This document shows, piece by piece, positions 33,551-42,942 of a stretch of 52,126 bases of DNA. The position numbers and the translations under genes are program-made. The number at the start of each line of letters is the position of its first letter. Position 1 is the first letter of the stretch. The notes beneath the pieces were generated by a model. That model made no database searches. It was not told where the DNA came from and worked only from the letters and a program-made list of their open reading frames with translations. Origin of the DNA: a virus (taxonomy: Duplodnaviria > Caudoviricetes); the IMG/VR virus record IMGVR_UViG_3300048599_000179, positions 1 to 52,126 of that record; one strand, given 5' to 3'.

Positions 33551-33778
33551 ATGACGACCGAAAGAATTTATCGCACCGAGAAGGGCAGCGTGGTGCGTGG
33601 CGACGGGTACGGATTCACGATCACTTTCTATTGGCTTGAAGAGGGCGGCTGCATCGACTGCACGCCGCGATTTGATCCCGACCCGAGTGAATTGGCTTTG
33701 GCGTGGGACTGCCCGTATTGCGGCGGCGGTCGAGCGCCCGTAACTGACACCCCCACCTCCCGGAAGGAGGCTCGCTAA
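33551..33778 (+). CDS. Small zinc-ribbon protein
   Basis: CIDC...CPYCGGG; AGGAGAGG RBS. Confidence 0.55.
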   Translation: MTTERIYRTEKGSVVRGDGYGFTITFYWLEEGGCIDCTPRFDPDPSELALAWDCPYCGGGRAPVTDTPTSRKEAR

Positions 33779-34062
33779 TGAACGATAGCCAGGAAATGCT
33801 CGGCACCCTGTTTAGCGTCGAGTTCGTTGACGGCAACGATGACGAAGACCGGTGCCCCGGGACCTTGCACGATAGAAGACGGGAAGGAAATAGGATGAGC
33901 TACACGCAGAGTGAAGCCGACGCCGACCTACAGTCCGACATCATCGAACGGTTACGCAGCATGCTTGATGTCGGACTGGACAAAGGCGATGAGCGAAAAC
34001 TGGTCGATATCATCAAACAACTTGCGGTCATAGCCGTGCGTGAGAGCCAGTCCGAAAGTTGA
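33778..34062 (+). CDS. Hypothetical protein (start uncertain)
   Basis: AGGAGG RBS; an internal ATG at ~33895 is also possible. Confidence 0.45.
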   Translation: MNDSQEMLGTLFSVEFVDGNDDEDRCPGTLHDRRREGNRMSYTQSEADADLQSDIIERLRSMLDVGLDKGDERKLVDIIKQLAVIAVRESQSES

Positions 34063-34103
34063 AACTGTCGGAGTCAGGGGAAGGTAGATGAGGAGGGACG
34101 GAC

Positions 34104-34307
34104 ATGTCTCGCTACACGATCAAGGCAACCGTTTCTGTTGACGTGGAGGTCTCTGTTGAGGCCTCCAGCAAAAGCGACGCGTCCCTACTGTTCCACACCC
34201 GCCTGGAGCTCCACGCTAGCCTCGCCAACACCCCACAAAATGAATTTGACGTGTGGGATGAATGCATTTCCGAGGTGAACAACATGCGCATCGAAGCTGT
34301 GTGGTGA
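34104..34307 (+). CDS. Hypothetical protein
   Basis: GAGGAGG RBS; V.VEA.S...A motif. Confidence 0.6.
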   Translation: MSRYTIKATVSVDVEVSVEASSKSDASLLFHTRLELHASLANTPQNEFDVWDECISEVNNMRIEAVW

Positions 34308-34368
34308 AGCCAAAGAACTCACACGAGGCTAGACCATGATCGCCCCTCACACAGGAGGGAACATCACG

Positions 34369-34497
34369 TCACCGAACGATCTGATTGAACGACAGAGTGA
34401 ACACCACGGCTATAGCCGTATAGATCACCCAATGTGTTCCAAGGTGTGAAAATCCGTCTTTGATCAGTGACCAAGGAGATTCGGGATATCCGTCCAT
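34369..34497 (-). CDS. Small TM peptide
   Basis: MDGYPESPW...VIYTAIAVVFTLSF. Confidence 0.4.
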   Translation of the reverse strand: MDGYPESPWSLIKDGFSHLGTHWVIYTAIAVVFTLSFNQIVR

Positions 34498-34748
34498 GCG
34501 ATTTTCCCTGTCATCAAACCGATGATCGAAAGGATGGGGACGAGTGCCTTGAGGATAGGCGGAATGGCTTTCAGAATGGAGACTGTACCCAGGGGCTTTT
34601 CCATAACGGTCACGGTAGACAGCTGAGAGGGTAGGTTGTTGATTGAGTCTTTGATCTCCAGGAGGATGTCGGTCTGGTGCTCGATGTGCGTTTCGATCCT
34701 GCCCCACATACGACCCAGGTCGAAACTGTTGCCGTTGTACTCGCCCAT
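34464..34748 (-). CDS. Putative holin / lysis-associated membrane protein
   Basis: Coiled N-terminus plus a C-terminal TM; follows the spanin genes. Confidence 0.5.
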   Translation of the reverse strand: MGEYNGNSFDLGRMWGRIETHIEHQTDILLEIKDSINNLPSQLSTVTVMEKPLGTVSILKAIPPILKALVPILSIIGLMTGKIAWTDIPNLLGH

Positions 34749-34782
34749 TGCCGATGTCCGCCATTGAAGGTTGCTCCGTTGC

Positions 34783-34974
34783 TCAGCCGCAGATGCGGTC
34801 GCGCTTAGCGCCGAGGCGGCGCAGGTTATGGATGGTTCTCTTCGTGTCGCCAACACTCCACGTAATGTCGTTCTTCTTGACGATGCGGCAGAGGGAGTCA
34901 CCTTGGATAGTGACCGGGGCCGTTGCGCACCCACCCAGGAAGGCCACAGCGAGTCCAAGAGCGGCAAATCTCAT
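34783..34974 (-). CDS. o-spanin (Rz1-like lipoprotein)
   Basis: Lipobox LGGC; C-terminal RICG. Confidence 0.75.
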   Translation of the reverse strand: MRFAALGLAVAFLGGCATAPVTIQGDSLCRIVKKNDITWSVGDTKRTIHNLRRLGAKRDRICG

Positions 34975-35234
34975 TTGAGGCTGTCCTTATCCCGGCAGTA
35001 TGGATCGGCCTTGCAGAGCGCTGCCAGGGCCTTGGGATCGTCTGGTGTTGGAGAGACGGATTCCTCGGCTTCGATGGCCTTGCGCTCTTTCTCGGCGGCG
35101 TCGGCCTGAAGCTGGCGCGCGATCTCAACCCGAGCTTTGGCGTAGATCGCGGCGTCGTGCTTCTTGAGCCAGCCGAGGAAGGATACGTAGGCGACAGCGA
35201 CCACGCCGAGCCCGATGCCGATCCGGAGCAGCAT
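34971..35234 (-). CDS. i-spanin (Rz-like)
   Basis: N-terminal TM, coiled coil, C-terminal C..DP.CRD. Confidence 0.7.
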   Translation of the reverse strand: MLLRIGIGLGVVAVAYVSFLGWLKKHDAAIYAKARVEIARQLQADAAEKERKAIEAEESVSPTPDDPKALAALCKADPYCRDKDSLK

Positions 35235-35719
35235 CAGAACCCCCAATACGTCTGGTAAGGCTGATGCGTGCGAACTCTCCGGGATTTCCGGTGAGTTGCC
35301 TTCGGCTTCGCGACAGGCGGCGGGATGTCTGACACTTCCACTTTCTCGGGCTCGGCAACCTTCACCGGCTCGCAGTGCGGCGTATCGCTCATGTCATGAC
35401 AAACCACGGCAGCCGATGGCACTTCAATGGCAGGCAATGCCACTGTTGGCAGCGGTTCCTCGTGCTCGGGAAGAACAACGTCCCCGTCGTCTCCAAGCCA
35501 CGTGTGAGAGAATTCCGCAAAGTACTGAGCGGTAGGGCGGTAGTACCAGGAGTTCACGAAGGCGAACGTAATCCAGCACACCGCAGCGACTGCGGCGAAG
35601 GACCAGAACCAAAACCGGATCGTGCGCGGAGGAGGGTCGTAGACCGTATCGAACAGAGCTCGCAGCATCTCTCTGGCCCAGCGGAAAGCCGCCAGAGCCG
35701 CTTCTTTCAACGATGTCAT
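35234..35719 (-). CDS. Membrane protein in the lysis cluster
   Basis: One TM and a Pro/basic tail. Confidence 0.55.
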   Translation of the reverse strand: MTSLKEAALAAFRWAREMLRALFDTVYDPPPRTIRFWFWSFAAVAAVCWITFAFVNSWYYRPTAQYFAEFSHTWLGDDGDVVLPEHEEPLPTVALPAIEVPSAAVVCHDMSDTPHCEPVKVAEPEKVEVSDIPPPVAKPKATHRKSRRVRTHQPYQTYWGF

Positions 35720-35809
35720 GCTTATTGCTCCAGATTAGAGCTATGTTCCTGTACGCACACTTTTGGGCGGCGAAGCGCCGAACTTCAATCGCATGTTCCC
35801 GCACGGGAA

Positions 35810-35992
35810 CTAGCGTGTAGGGCGCCATACTTTTCGGATTATTCTGTCAGTCGCGTTGATCGCGTAGAGCCATTCATCCCGCGACACTGCTCCACCAACT
35901 GAATGATAATGAGCCCAAGCGTTGCGGATGTCGTCAATCGCGGCTTCGAGATCTGCGTTGCGCTTGGCAAGCTTCGTGATGTCACGCGGCAT
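35810..35992 (-). CDS. Hypothetical protein
   Basis: MPRDITKLAKRN...; overlaps the end of the endolysin gene. Confidence 0.45.
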   Translation of the reverse strand: MPRDITKLAKRNADLEAAIDDIRNAWAHYHSVGGAVSRDEWLYAINATDRIIRKVWRPTR

Positions 35993-37073
35993 TGGCACCA
36001 CCAGCTTCTCCGGAGGGCGTCGCCCGGCCTTCCTCGACGTCTTCACGCATGAGACTGAGCACATAGGCGATTGCCATCGAACCCAGGATCGCAGCGGAGA
36101 TGGCGATCACGTGTCCGTTCTCGGTCACGATACCCTTCACCTTTCCGATCACGTCCTGGGCGATATCCAGCGCACTCAACACCGTGTCGAGCGTGAAGAG
36201 AGTGGCGATGCCCTTCAGAATGCGATTGACCCACACAAGCCAGCGGGCTTTGCGGGAGACCTTCACGAGTTCTTTGATGGTCGGCTTCGCTTGAGACTCC
36301 GGAACCGACGCGGGCACCGAAGCGACAACTATGTCTTCGCCGAAGTCGATCTCTCGCTTCCATATCGACTTGGCCAACGCCGTCTGCCGGCGGCGCTCTG
36401 GCAGTCCATGCGGCTTTACATTATCTCTGATATTGCCGGTGTTGAGCGCGTCGGAGAGCGTGTCGCAGTCGTCCTTCTGCGCCCACCGCGAAAGCCCTTT
36501 GATGTGCCAATCTGCAAAGGCCGAACGGATGCCTAGCTCCGGGTCGTCGGCAAGCTTCTCAGGGGTTGCTACGAGATCGATGCTTGCGCCGCCCGGCTGC
36601 CTGGCTATCTCTTCTCCAATGGCCTTGTAGTTGTTGAGGTGCGTAATCTGCGTCGGTCCCCGGCCGACGTACTTTGATCCCTGAAGCCAGCCGGTTCCCT
36701 CTCGGCCACCATATACGATGTCAGCAAGCTCCTTCGGCTTTCTGACGAGAGAGGCGGCGACCTGATCAACCGTCTTGCCTCTCACCCATGCGGGCTCTTT
36801 CTGGCGCCCCGTGGTCACATAGTTGATCGCGAGCTTGAGACGATACGAATAGACTTCCTTGATCCGCTTCGCCGTCGTGAAGTTCATGTTCTCCTGCATA
36901 CGGGCAAGAGACAGGCCGTTGGTCTCGGCGCCGATCTGCCCCAGGAAGTGGACCCAGTCCAGACGGTTGAACCCATAATGATTGGCAAGCAGAGGAGCAA
37001 GCTCCGCCATGGCGTCAAGCCATTCCGGCAGCGCACGCGGATACATCCGTGCGAGGTCTTCGCGTGTGATCAT
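35982..37073 (-). CDS. Endolysin, glycoside hydrolase family 19, with C-terminal TM segments
   Basis: HFLGQ..AET.GL...EN, YVGRGPTQIT..NNY, GL.ERR; hydrophobic C-terminus. Confidence 0.85.
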   Translation of the reverse strand: MITREDLARMYPRALPEWLDAMAELAPLLANHYGFNRLDWVHFLGQIGAETNGLSLARMQENMNFTTAKRIKEVYSYRLKLAINYVTTGRQKEPAWVRGKTVDQVAASLVRKPKELADIVYGGREGTGWLQGSKYVGRGPTQITHLNNYKAIGEEIARQPGGASIDLVATPEKLADDPELGIRSAFADWHIKGLSRWAQKDDCDTLSDALNTGNIRDNVKPHGLPERRRQTALAKSIWKREIDFGEDIVVASVPASVPESQAKPTIKELVKVSRKARWLVWVNRILKGIATLFTLDTVLSALDIAQDVIGKVKGIVTENGHVIAISAAILGSMAIAYVLSLMREDVEEGRATPSGEAGGANAA

Positions 37074-37087
37074 GATTGCCTTCCCCA

Positions 37088-37118
37088 GAAAAGAAAAAGG
37101 CCAGCGGTGAGGCTGACC
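37088..37118 (-). terminator. Terminator-like hairpin upstream of the endolysin gene
   Basis: Minus strand GGTCAGC-CTCACC-GCTGGCC-TTTTTCTTTT. Confidence 0.55.
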
Positions 37119-37176
37119 CGTGTTTACTTGGTCCGCCCACGATGTAATATTGTCGGTCGCAAAATGGGAGGCTGAT

Positions 37177-37410
37177 GTGTTTCAGAAAGCGTCGAGACTC
37201 TGGCACCGCTTCGTTGAGTTCACCTACAAATTGCAGGGTGCTCACCGTTGGGGCTGGACGGCCGCTGAGCGGGACATAACCTTGCCAGATGGCAGGACTT
37301 TCCCAAAAGGCGCGTACATCATGACACGCCGCGCCAATGGCAAGTGGGAGTACCGCGCGTGTACACCAGATGAACTTAAGAATGCTATTTGGATGAACGC
37401 CATCCGCTAG
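37177..37410 (+). CDS. Hypothetical protein (antisense moron)
   Basis: GGGAGG RBS plus GTG; converges on the esterase gene. Confidence 0.55.
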   Translation: MFQKASRLWHRFVEFTYKLQGAHRWGWTAAERDITLPDGRTFPKGAYIMTRRANGKWEYRACTPDELKNAIWMNAIR

Positions 37411-38165
37411 CCCAACAGCCCGTGCATCGCGCTCGCGGCTGCCTCTCCTAGAGTCACAAGACCAGCCGTGGCAACATGCACTTCGTCTCCCGAGATCACG
37501 GGAACGCCGGTTGCAGAGACGAACGCTATGCTGCCGCTCAGTCCTCCATCCATGCCAGAGAGTTGCGAGTTGATCGTATCGCGATAGGTCGCCGTCTCCC
37601 CGTCTTGCAACCCAATGATGACGAACTTGAGATCCGGCTCACTCACATCCGTGCGGAGTGACGTGAACATGGACAGAAGATTTGTCGCCATGTTCGAGGC
37701 TGCAGTGCTGTTCTCCGCGTCGTTCCAGCCCAACCACCACACCACACCCTTAAGCTGACCAGCTGCCTTGGCCTCGTTTGCTCGAGCAACCATTGAGCCG
37801 TAGAGCGTCGAGCGCGATAAACCGGACTTCGTCCAGTTCGCCATTGTGGTCGCGCCCTTGGCGCACGGGACCAGCCCTATTTCGTTGTACGGGCGTATCG
37901 ATGCTAGCTTGTTCCCGAAAGCCAGGGCTGGGCTAGCTGCGGCGGTGGCGTCAGATGAAACACTATCAACTTGACCGCTGGCACTGTCGATAGGCTCAAC
38001 GGCTGCTTTCCAGACACCGTCGTTCGCGTAGTTCTTGACCTTGTAATCGTATGCGAACGACGGGAGCTGACCGAGGTTTCCGCGTCCACTCGGATTGCTC
38101 TCGCCGGCGATTATGAAGATCTCTCGAACTGGCGTAACCGGGTTTAGCCGAACCATAAAAGCCAT
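37407..38165 (-). CDS. SASA-family (SGNH) acetylesterase
   Basis: IAGESN (G-Q/E-S-N), VPCAKGAT, WWLGWND and DEVH catalytic motifs. Confidence 0.8.
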   Translation of the reverse strand: MAFMVRLNPVTPVREIFIIAGESNPSGRGNLGQLPSFAYDYKVKNYANDGVWKAAVEPIDSASGQVDSVSSDATAAASPALAFGNKLASIRPYNEIGLVPCAKGATTMANWTKSGLSRSTLYGSMVARANEAKAAGQLKGVVWWLGWNDAENSTAASNMATNLLSMFTSLRTDVSEPDLKFVIIGLQDGETATYRDTINSQLSGMDGGLSGSIAFVSATGVPVISGDEVHVATAGLVTLGEAAASAMHGLLG

Positions 38166-38166
38166 G

Positions 38167-39507
38167 CTAAGCGGTGCCCCACATAGCAGTGCCAAGGTTT
38201 TTCGCCGCGACACCGTTGGCTGTTCGCCAGCGCCAGCGCAGGGATGATCCGGAAGGCTGGGATCTAACATCCACGTTCCCCGTGTCGAGCACACGAATGT
38301 TACCTGGCTGCGTGAAAGCCTCAATGATCGTGGCCGTCGTCCAAGTCGTCCCGCCATCCCGCGATAGGTCGACCAGTGTATCCGTATTGAGCGTTATGCC
38401 AACTGCATCATGGAGCAGCACGAGAGCGCGCATCGTGTCAGGCTGCTCAGTCGCGCTCACGGCCTGTGAGCAAACCGAGACGTTTGAAAGTCCTGACTTC
38501 ACTTCAATTAGCGAGACGAGCCCAAAATCGTACGTGCCCGCTTGTGAGTAGCCCGACGGGTTTGCAACGGAAACTTCCGTCGCTCCCGTCTTCGTCCACC
38601 AGTCGTAGTTAGTGGTGTCTGTGTTTAATCTGCATCGGATGTCGCCGCTCGTCGTGTGGAAGGCAACAAGGAAGTCTTTCGTTTCATCAAAAGCATAGGT
38701 GATCCAGTCGGTCACTACCGTGGCACCCGCTGCCACGCTGAACGACGCGTTTCCGCCGACCGTGACCTGGACCTGCGTCCCGTCAAAGTCGTATGCATCG
38801 CCCGCCGCGGCCTTGTGGCCAGCATACATCCCGGAAATCGCCGCCGCCGTGCCGGACGACACACCTGCCAATGTAAGCCGGAAAGCACTACCGTTTGCAG
38901 AAAGCTGCGAACCTGCCACCCGCATTCGGTGATTATAGTTCGTGAAGCCAGTCTGGTTTGCTGCAAGGGATGTGTTCGCTAGCGTGGTCGTTTCAGCAGC
39001 CGATGGCTTTAGACAACCTGCTTCACTTGTATCAAGGTTCGTCGCCCCGCCGACATCGACATACGTCAGGCTGTCGAAGTGATCGTGTATTGCTGATCCA
39101 TCCGGGCCGGAGAAGATTGCCGTGTTCAGAGCATCCGAGACGATAAGGGTCGTCATGCGCTGGTCGAGGAATAACGCATCCATGTCAGGCCGAAAATTTA
39201 GCTCTTCGCGCCCAGCCGTCACTATAACAACCGGATTAGCGCCAAAATTGACTGCGGAGCCGCCGTTCGATGAATCCTGTATGCTTGTCCTTTCTAAAAC
39301 CCAACCTCCTGACGTTTCGAGAGCCAACCCACGGCCGATCTCCCATTCTGATCCGGTCGAGTTTTGCGCTTTGTAGGCGTACTCCGTGCCGTCCACAGCG
39401 CCAGCATCCTCTAAATTCCGGAAGCTCGGCGTGGCTGTGCCATCACTGAAGTCAGCTGTTCCCGAGCTACCCGCAGTGAAGCGGCAGTTATCAAGCAATT
39501 CAGCCAT
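38167..39507 (-). CDS. Tail fibre / receptor-binding-associated protein
   Basis: N-terminal T.S.GT....WEIG.G...L.R...SSN...VNF module, a beta-rich body, and SRDGGTTW. Confidence 0.65.
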   Translation of the reverse strand: MAELLDNCRFTAGSSGTADFSDGTATPSFRNLEDAGAVDGTEYAYKAQNSTGSEWEIGRGLALETSGGWVLERTSIQDSSNGGSAVNFGANPVVIVTAGREELNFRPDMDALFLDQRMTTLIVSDALNTAIFSGPDGSAIHDHFDSLTYVDVGGATNLDTSEAGCLKPSAAETTTLANTSLAANQTGFTNYNHRMRVAGSQLSANGSAFRLTLAGVSSGTAAAISGMYAGHKAAAGDAYDFDGTQVQVTVGGNASFSVAAGATVVTDWITYAFDETKDFLVAFHTTSGDIRCRLNTDTTNYDWWTKTGATEVSVANPSGYSQAGTYDFGLVSLIEVKSGLSNVSVCSQAVSATEQPDTMRALVLLHDAVGITLNTDTLVDLSRDGGTTWTTATIIEAFTQPGNIRVLDTGNVDVRSQPSGSSLRWRWRTANGVAAKNLGTAMWGTA

Positions 39508-39518
39508 GAGTTGTGTCT

Positions 39519-39821
39519 CTATTCGCCTTGCGGGTTGGCGGGATTGGCTTTCAAACGGAACTGTCCGTCCTGTCCTTCACCAGGCGGTGTGACAGATCGG
39601 ACATGCCAATAGATCGTGCCAGGGTCTGCGCTGGAGCTGTCCCATTCTGCGGAAAACAGCCCGTCCGCTTCCGTCATGTCGATGTCGTCAAATTTCTCGC
39701 ATCCGCATTTCAGATAGCGAACGCGGAGCGAGACGGTCTCAGGGATCGTCGGGTCCTTGTTGATGTCCCGGAACTGGAAGTCATAGAAGCGGATGATATT
39801 GCCGCGTGTTTCTTCGATCAT
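39519..39821 (-). CDS. Virion-associated hypothetical protein
   Basis: Position in the tail cluster; beta-rich. Confidence 0.6.
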   Translation of the reverse strand: MIEETRGNIIRFYDFQFRDINKDPTIPETVSLRVRYLKCGCEKFDDIDMTEADGLFSAEWDSSSADPGTIYWHVRSVTPPGEGQDGQFRLKANPANPQGE

Positions 39822-39825
39822 GTCG

Positions 39826-40449
39826 CTATCCTACATAGCCACGTGTTCGGCCTGATCCGACAGACCCACCGGGACGAATGCCTTTGAGTTTTCCAGAGAC
39901 GCCACCGGAAGCGACGCGCCCAATCGCAGATCTCGGAGGCAGTCGCCTTTCGAAATTTGGAGCAAGATCGTTCAGCCATACACTCAGCGTGTCAGACGCA
40001 GACACATCACCGAAGATCCCGATTGCGTCGTCCAGCAAGACCGAGAGGCTGTCTGACGCTTCGACGACCGCCGAGACATCTCCAGGAGCCTCGTCGATTT
40101 CGACCAAGGCCGTGTCAGACACCCCGAGCGACACCAGGAGGGCCGCAAGGCTGTCAGCAATGGCAACGAGTGCTGTATCACTGGCATTGACGATGACAGC
40201 CGGGGCAGCGATGTCAGAGATCAGGACATCGATGTCATCTGTGGCAGAGACCGTTCCGAACATCTCCGACACGAGGTCGGAAACATTGAGGACGATACTG
40301 TCTGAGACATCGATCTGCGGAACGATGGGCGCCAGGACATCCGAGAGCGCCAGCAAGATCGTATCGCTGGCGTCGATCTCGACAACGTTGCTGTTGTCCT
40401 GCTTGATCTCGAAAAGAGCAAGCTCGAACAGCGCACCGTGGAATAGCAT
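39826..40449 (-). CDS. Repetitive putative tail-fibre shaft protein
   Basis: About seven repeats of ~22 aa, (A/V)SD.....D. Confidence 0.6.
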   Translation of the reverse strand: MLFHGALFELALFEIKQDNSNVVEIDASDTILLALSDVLAPIVPQIDVSDSIVLNVSDLVSEMFGTVSATDDIDVLISDIAAPAVIVNASDTALVAIADSLAALLVSLGVSDTALVEIDEAPGDVSAVVEASDSLSVLLDDAIGIFGDVSASDTLSVWLNDLAPNFERRLPPRSAIGRVASGGVSGKLKGIRPGGSVGSGRTRGYVG

Positions 40450-40457
40450 GAGCTAGA

Positions 40458-40844
40458 TCAAGACCCGATCGCCAGCGTCAATTCTGCGGTCAAAAGCCAG
40501 CTCTGCGCGCTGGTCTTGGTGCCAAGGCTCTCCACCTTGCGGCTGAGCATTACACCCGAGGACGAATCATTGAACACGCCCCATTCGTTCCAAGACCAAT
40601 TGGCATCGCTGGTGCCGAACAGAGACCGAAAGGTCAGAACGTTGTCAGTTCGCTGCGGGTAGCTCGACTCCATGGCCTTGCGAAGCTTGTTCGATGAGGC
40701 TTGTAGATCAGTCTGAGACGATGCGAAGGCGGTGTTTGAATCACCGCTCCCGAGCCGTGCATTCGCGTTGCTGAATGCGGTAGGCGGACCATCATTGATG
40801 ATAGCAGCGGCGATGAAATTTCTTCCCGTTTCCGTGAGAGGCAT
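40458..40844 (-). CDS. Virion structural protein (fibre-attachment-like)
   Basis: G.G..A....T.L...F...AN..W.E.GVFN...G.ML.R pattern. Confidence 0.7.
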   Translation of the reverse strand: MPLTETGRNFIAAAIINDGPPTAFSNANARLGSGDSNTAFASSQTDLQASSNKLRKAMESSYPQRTDNVLTFRSLFGTSDANWSWNEWGVFNDSSSGVMLSRKVESLGTKTSAQSWLLTAELTLAIGS

Positions 40845-40854
40845 TGCTTTCTCC

Positions 40855-41079
40855 TTAGCCCTCGCCCTCGATGATCTCGATAGGGGTCATTCCAGGTTCG
40901 TACTCTCCCTCGAACTTTTCGAGGCGGTACTTGATCGACACATCAATCTTGAGGCTTTCGCGGTGCCCGCTCTCAGCGTCTGCAATGGCGCGGTCGATCT
41001 CCGCTGCTTTCTCGGGCCAGACGTTCCGGATCTCATGTGCGATCTGTTTCGCTTTCTTGATCTGCTCTTCTTTGGTCAT
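40855..41079 (-). CDS. Hypothetical protein
   Basis: LEKFEG...P.EIIE; precedes the structural gene. Confidence 0.5.
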   Translation of the reverse strand: MTKEEQIKKAKQIAHEIRNVWPEKAAEIDRAIADAESGHRESLKIDVSIKYRLEKFEGEYEPGMTPIEIIEGEG

Positions 41080-41118
41080 AGATTCCCTTTTGCGACCGAT
41101 TGTGCTATTGTTTCGGCC

Positions 41119-41625
41119 ATGCCAAAACAACCACGACCTCTTCCTGACCTTGCGGAATTGCAGCGTCTTTTCACGTACGATTCAGAAACAGGCGCGATTT
41201 ACGCGAAAGTGTCTGCAACGAACCGAAAGGCTGGAAGCCTTTGCAACAGTTCAGACGCAAAAGGATACAAAGTAGTGTTCTGCAAGGGTCGACACATAAA
41301 GGCCCACAGGCTCGCATGGGTATTTTTCTACGGCGTGCAACCTGATGGATATGTGGATCATATCAATGGTGATAGATCCGACAATCGCATTGCTAACCTT
41401 CGATGTGCCACACACACCCAGAACATGTGCAATCGGCCAGCGCCGCCGCACAACACATCAGGCGTGAAAGGCGTCCACTACAGAAAGGACAACGGGAAGT
41501 GGCGCGCCTACATCACGGTTGACAGAGAACGCGTCAATCTTGGTCAATTTGAAACGAAAGAAGAGGCGGAGGACGCCGTAAAGATAGCTCGAAAACAATG
41601 GCACGGCGAGTTCGCTCACGACTAG
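41119..41625 (+). CDS. HNH endonuclease with AP2-like C-terminal domain
   Basis: YD.ETG, AHRLAW, DHINGDRSDNRIANLR, NTSGVKGV, KW.A.I, LG.F, HGEFA. Confidence 0.9.
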   Translation: MPKQPRPLPDLAELQRLFTYDSETGAIYAKVSATNRKAGSLCNSSDAKGYKVVFCKGRHIKAHRLAWVFFYGVQPDGYVDHINGDRSDNRIANLRCATHTQNMCNRPAPPHNTSGVKGVHYRKDNGKWRAYITVDRERVNLGQFETKEEAEDAVKIARKQWHGEFAHD

Positions 41626-42582
41626 TCACAATTTCATAAACCACGTGCCGAGCCTGTACGGGCTCATGGTGTTTTTCTCGATGGCCTGCCCGCCACCGCC
41701 GAGGGTTACAGACCCGCCGATGGCGAGATTCGTCGTCGTCCAGGTCTTGTCGCGATTGGCCGGAGGAGAGCCATAGGGCGAACCGCTGCCTGAATTGCCA
41801 AGACTTCGGGTCAGTTCTGTCGGCGTACCGGTGAGCGTCAGCGTGGACGGCAACACGTAATTCGGCAGTGACTCTTTGGTGATGGTGATGCTGATTTTTT
41901 CAGCACCGCCGCCTGTTCCTGCCGTTGTCGGGGTTCCTGCCGTGATCCGCCCCGCCGCCGTGTTCCCCATGTCGTCCAGACCGAGCGGCCCGTAACCTCG
42001 CATGTCAGGGATGGCAATCGGCTTGTTGGCGGCATAGTCAGAGGCTGCCGATCCTCCACGCCCTCCCGTCACCGGACACAGGGCGTTGGAGAAGTTGTTC
42101 CAGAGGTATTCGTAGAGCGGTTGCGTATCTGCGTTAGCGCGCTCCGTGGCTCCAGAGGATGCGGAGCCGATGGTTCGGCCGTTCTGGCGCACCCACCCGG
42201 CGCGCGTTCCTGCCCGCTTCACCCACAGCTCGTCACCGGTCTGGAACACGGCGTTGGGATCGACTGACCCGCCTCCGCCGCCACCTTCTCCCGTAGACGG
42301 CCCCAGAGCTTGCACAGAGGCCATGTCGAAGTAGACCACGGCGCCAGCTTCATCCGTCAGGCGGGCGCGATACTGCCCGTCAGGGAGCCAGAAGGCAGGG
42401 ATCATTCCGGCCGTGTCCGTGCGCATCGGCCACTGATGCAGCACAGAGAGGCCGAAGTCCTGATAGACATCCACAGGCGTGGTTGTATTTGCTTCGTAGA
42501 CGTAGAGCGGAGCGTTGATAAGGAGTTCTCCCTCCCTGTCAAAGCGTTGGCTCAAGGCGAGCGAGAACAGAGTGCCTGCCAC
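41626..42582 (-). CDS. Tail fibre / tail-collar domain protein
   Basis: VY.A.TTTP..Y N-terminal head-binding-like region; GW...NG.TIG and PD.RG...G.D.MG collar motifs. Confidence 0.75.
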   Translation of the reverse strand: MAGTLFSLALSQRFDREGELLINAPLYVYEANTTTPVDVYQDFGLSVLHQWPMRTDTAGMIPAFWLPDGQYRARLTDEAGAVVYFDMASVQALGPSTGEGGGGGGSVDPNAVFQTGDELWVKRAGTRAGWVRQNGRTIGSASSGATERANADTQPLYEYLWNNFSNALCPVTGGRGGSAASDYAANKPIAIPDMRGYGPLGLDDMGNTAAGRITAGTPTTAGTGGGAEKISITITKESLPNYVLPSTLTLTGTPTELTRSLGNSGSGSPYGSPPANRDKTWTTTNLAIGGSVTLGGGGQAIEKNTMSPYRLGTWFMKL

Positions 42583-42607
42583 GGATGGGGCTCCCTAAGA
42601 TGGATCG

Positions 42608-42636
42608 TTGATGTACGGATTGATGAGAGGTAGTCT
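42608..42636 (+). promoter_or_regulatory. Putative promoter of the antisense two-gene moron
   Basis: TTGATG-N17-TAGTCT. Confidence 0.4.
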
Positions 42637-42675
42637 CTTCCCCCAACGGCGCGGGGGCGAATTGGATGACGTTAC

Positions 42676-42942
42676 ATGGCCGATGAGCAGTCTGTTCGAG
42701 TAACTGTGCTCGATATTGAGAAAGGTGATGTCGAAGGAGAGCCGTTCTCAACTCTGGTCAATATGATTCGCGCTGCTTGGGACGAGATCCCTCTAGAGCA
42801 TCAGCAGTGGGCTAGTTTCGAGTTAGGACTTTACACGCTGAAGGTTTGGTATGATCGACCAGACACAGAGCAAGACAAGCGTGAACGACGCGAATACGAA
42901 CGGCTGAAGGCTAAATTCGAGCGAGAAGGAAACATGTCGTGA
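42676..42942 (+). CDS. Hypothetical protein
   Basis: Opposite strand to the structural operon; ends ERREYERLKAKFE. Confidence 0.6.
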   Translation: MADEQSVRVTVLDIEKGDVEGEPFSTLVNMIRAAWDEIPLEHQQWASFELGLYTLKVWYDRPDTEQDKRERREYERLKAKFEREGNMS

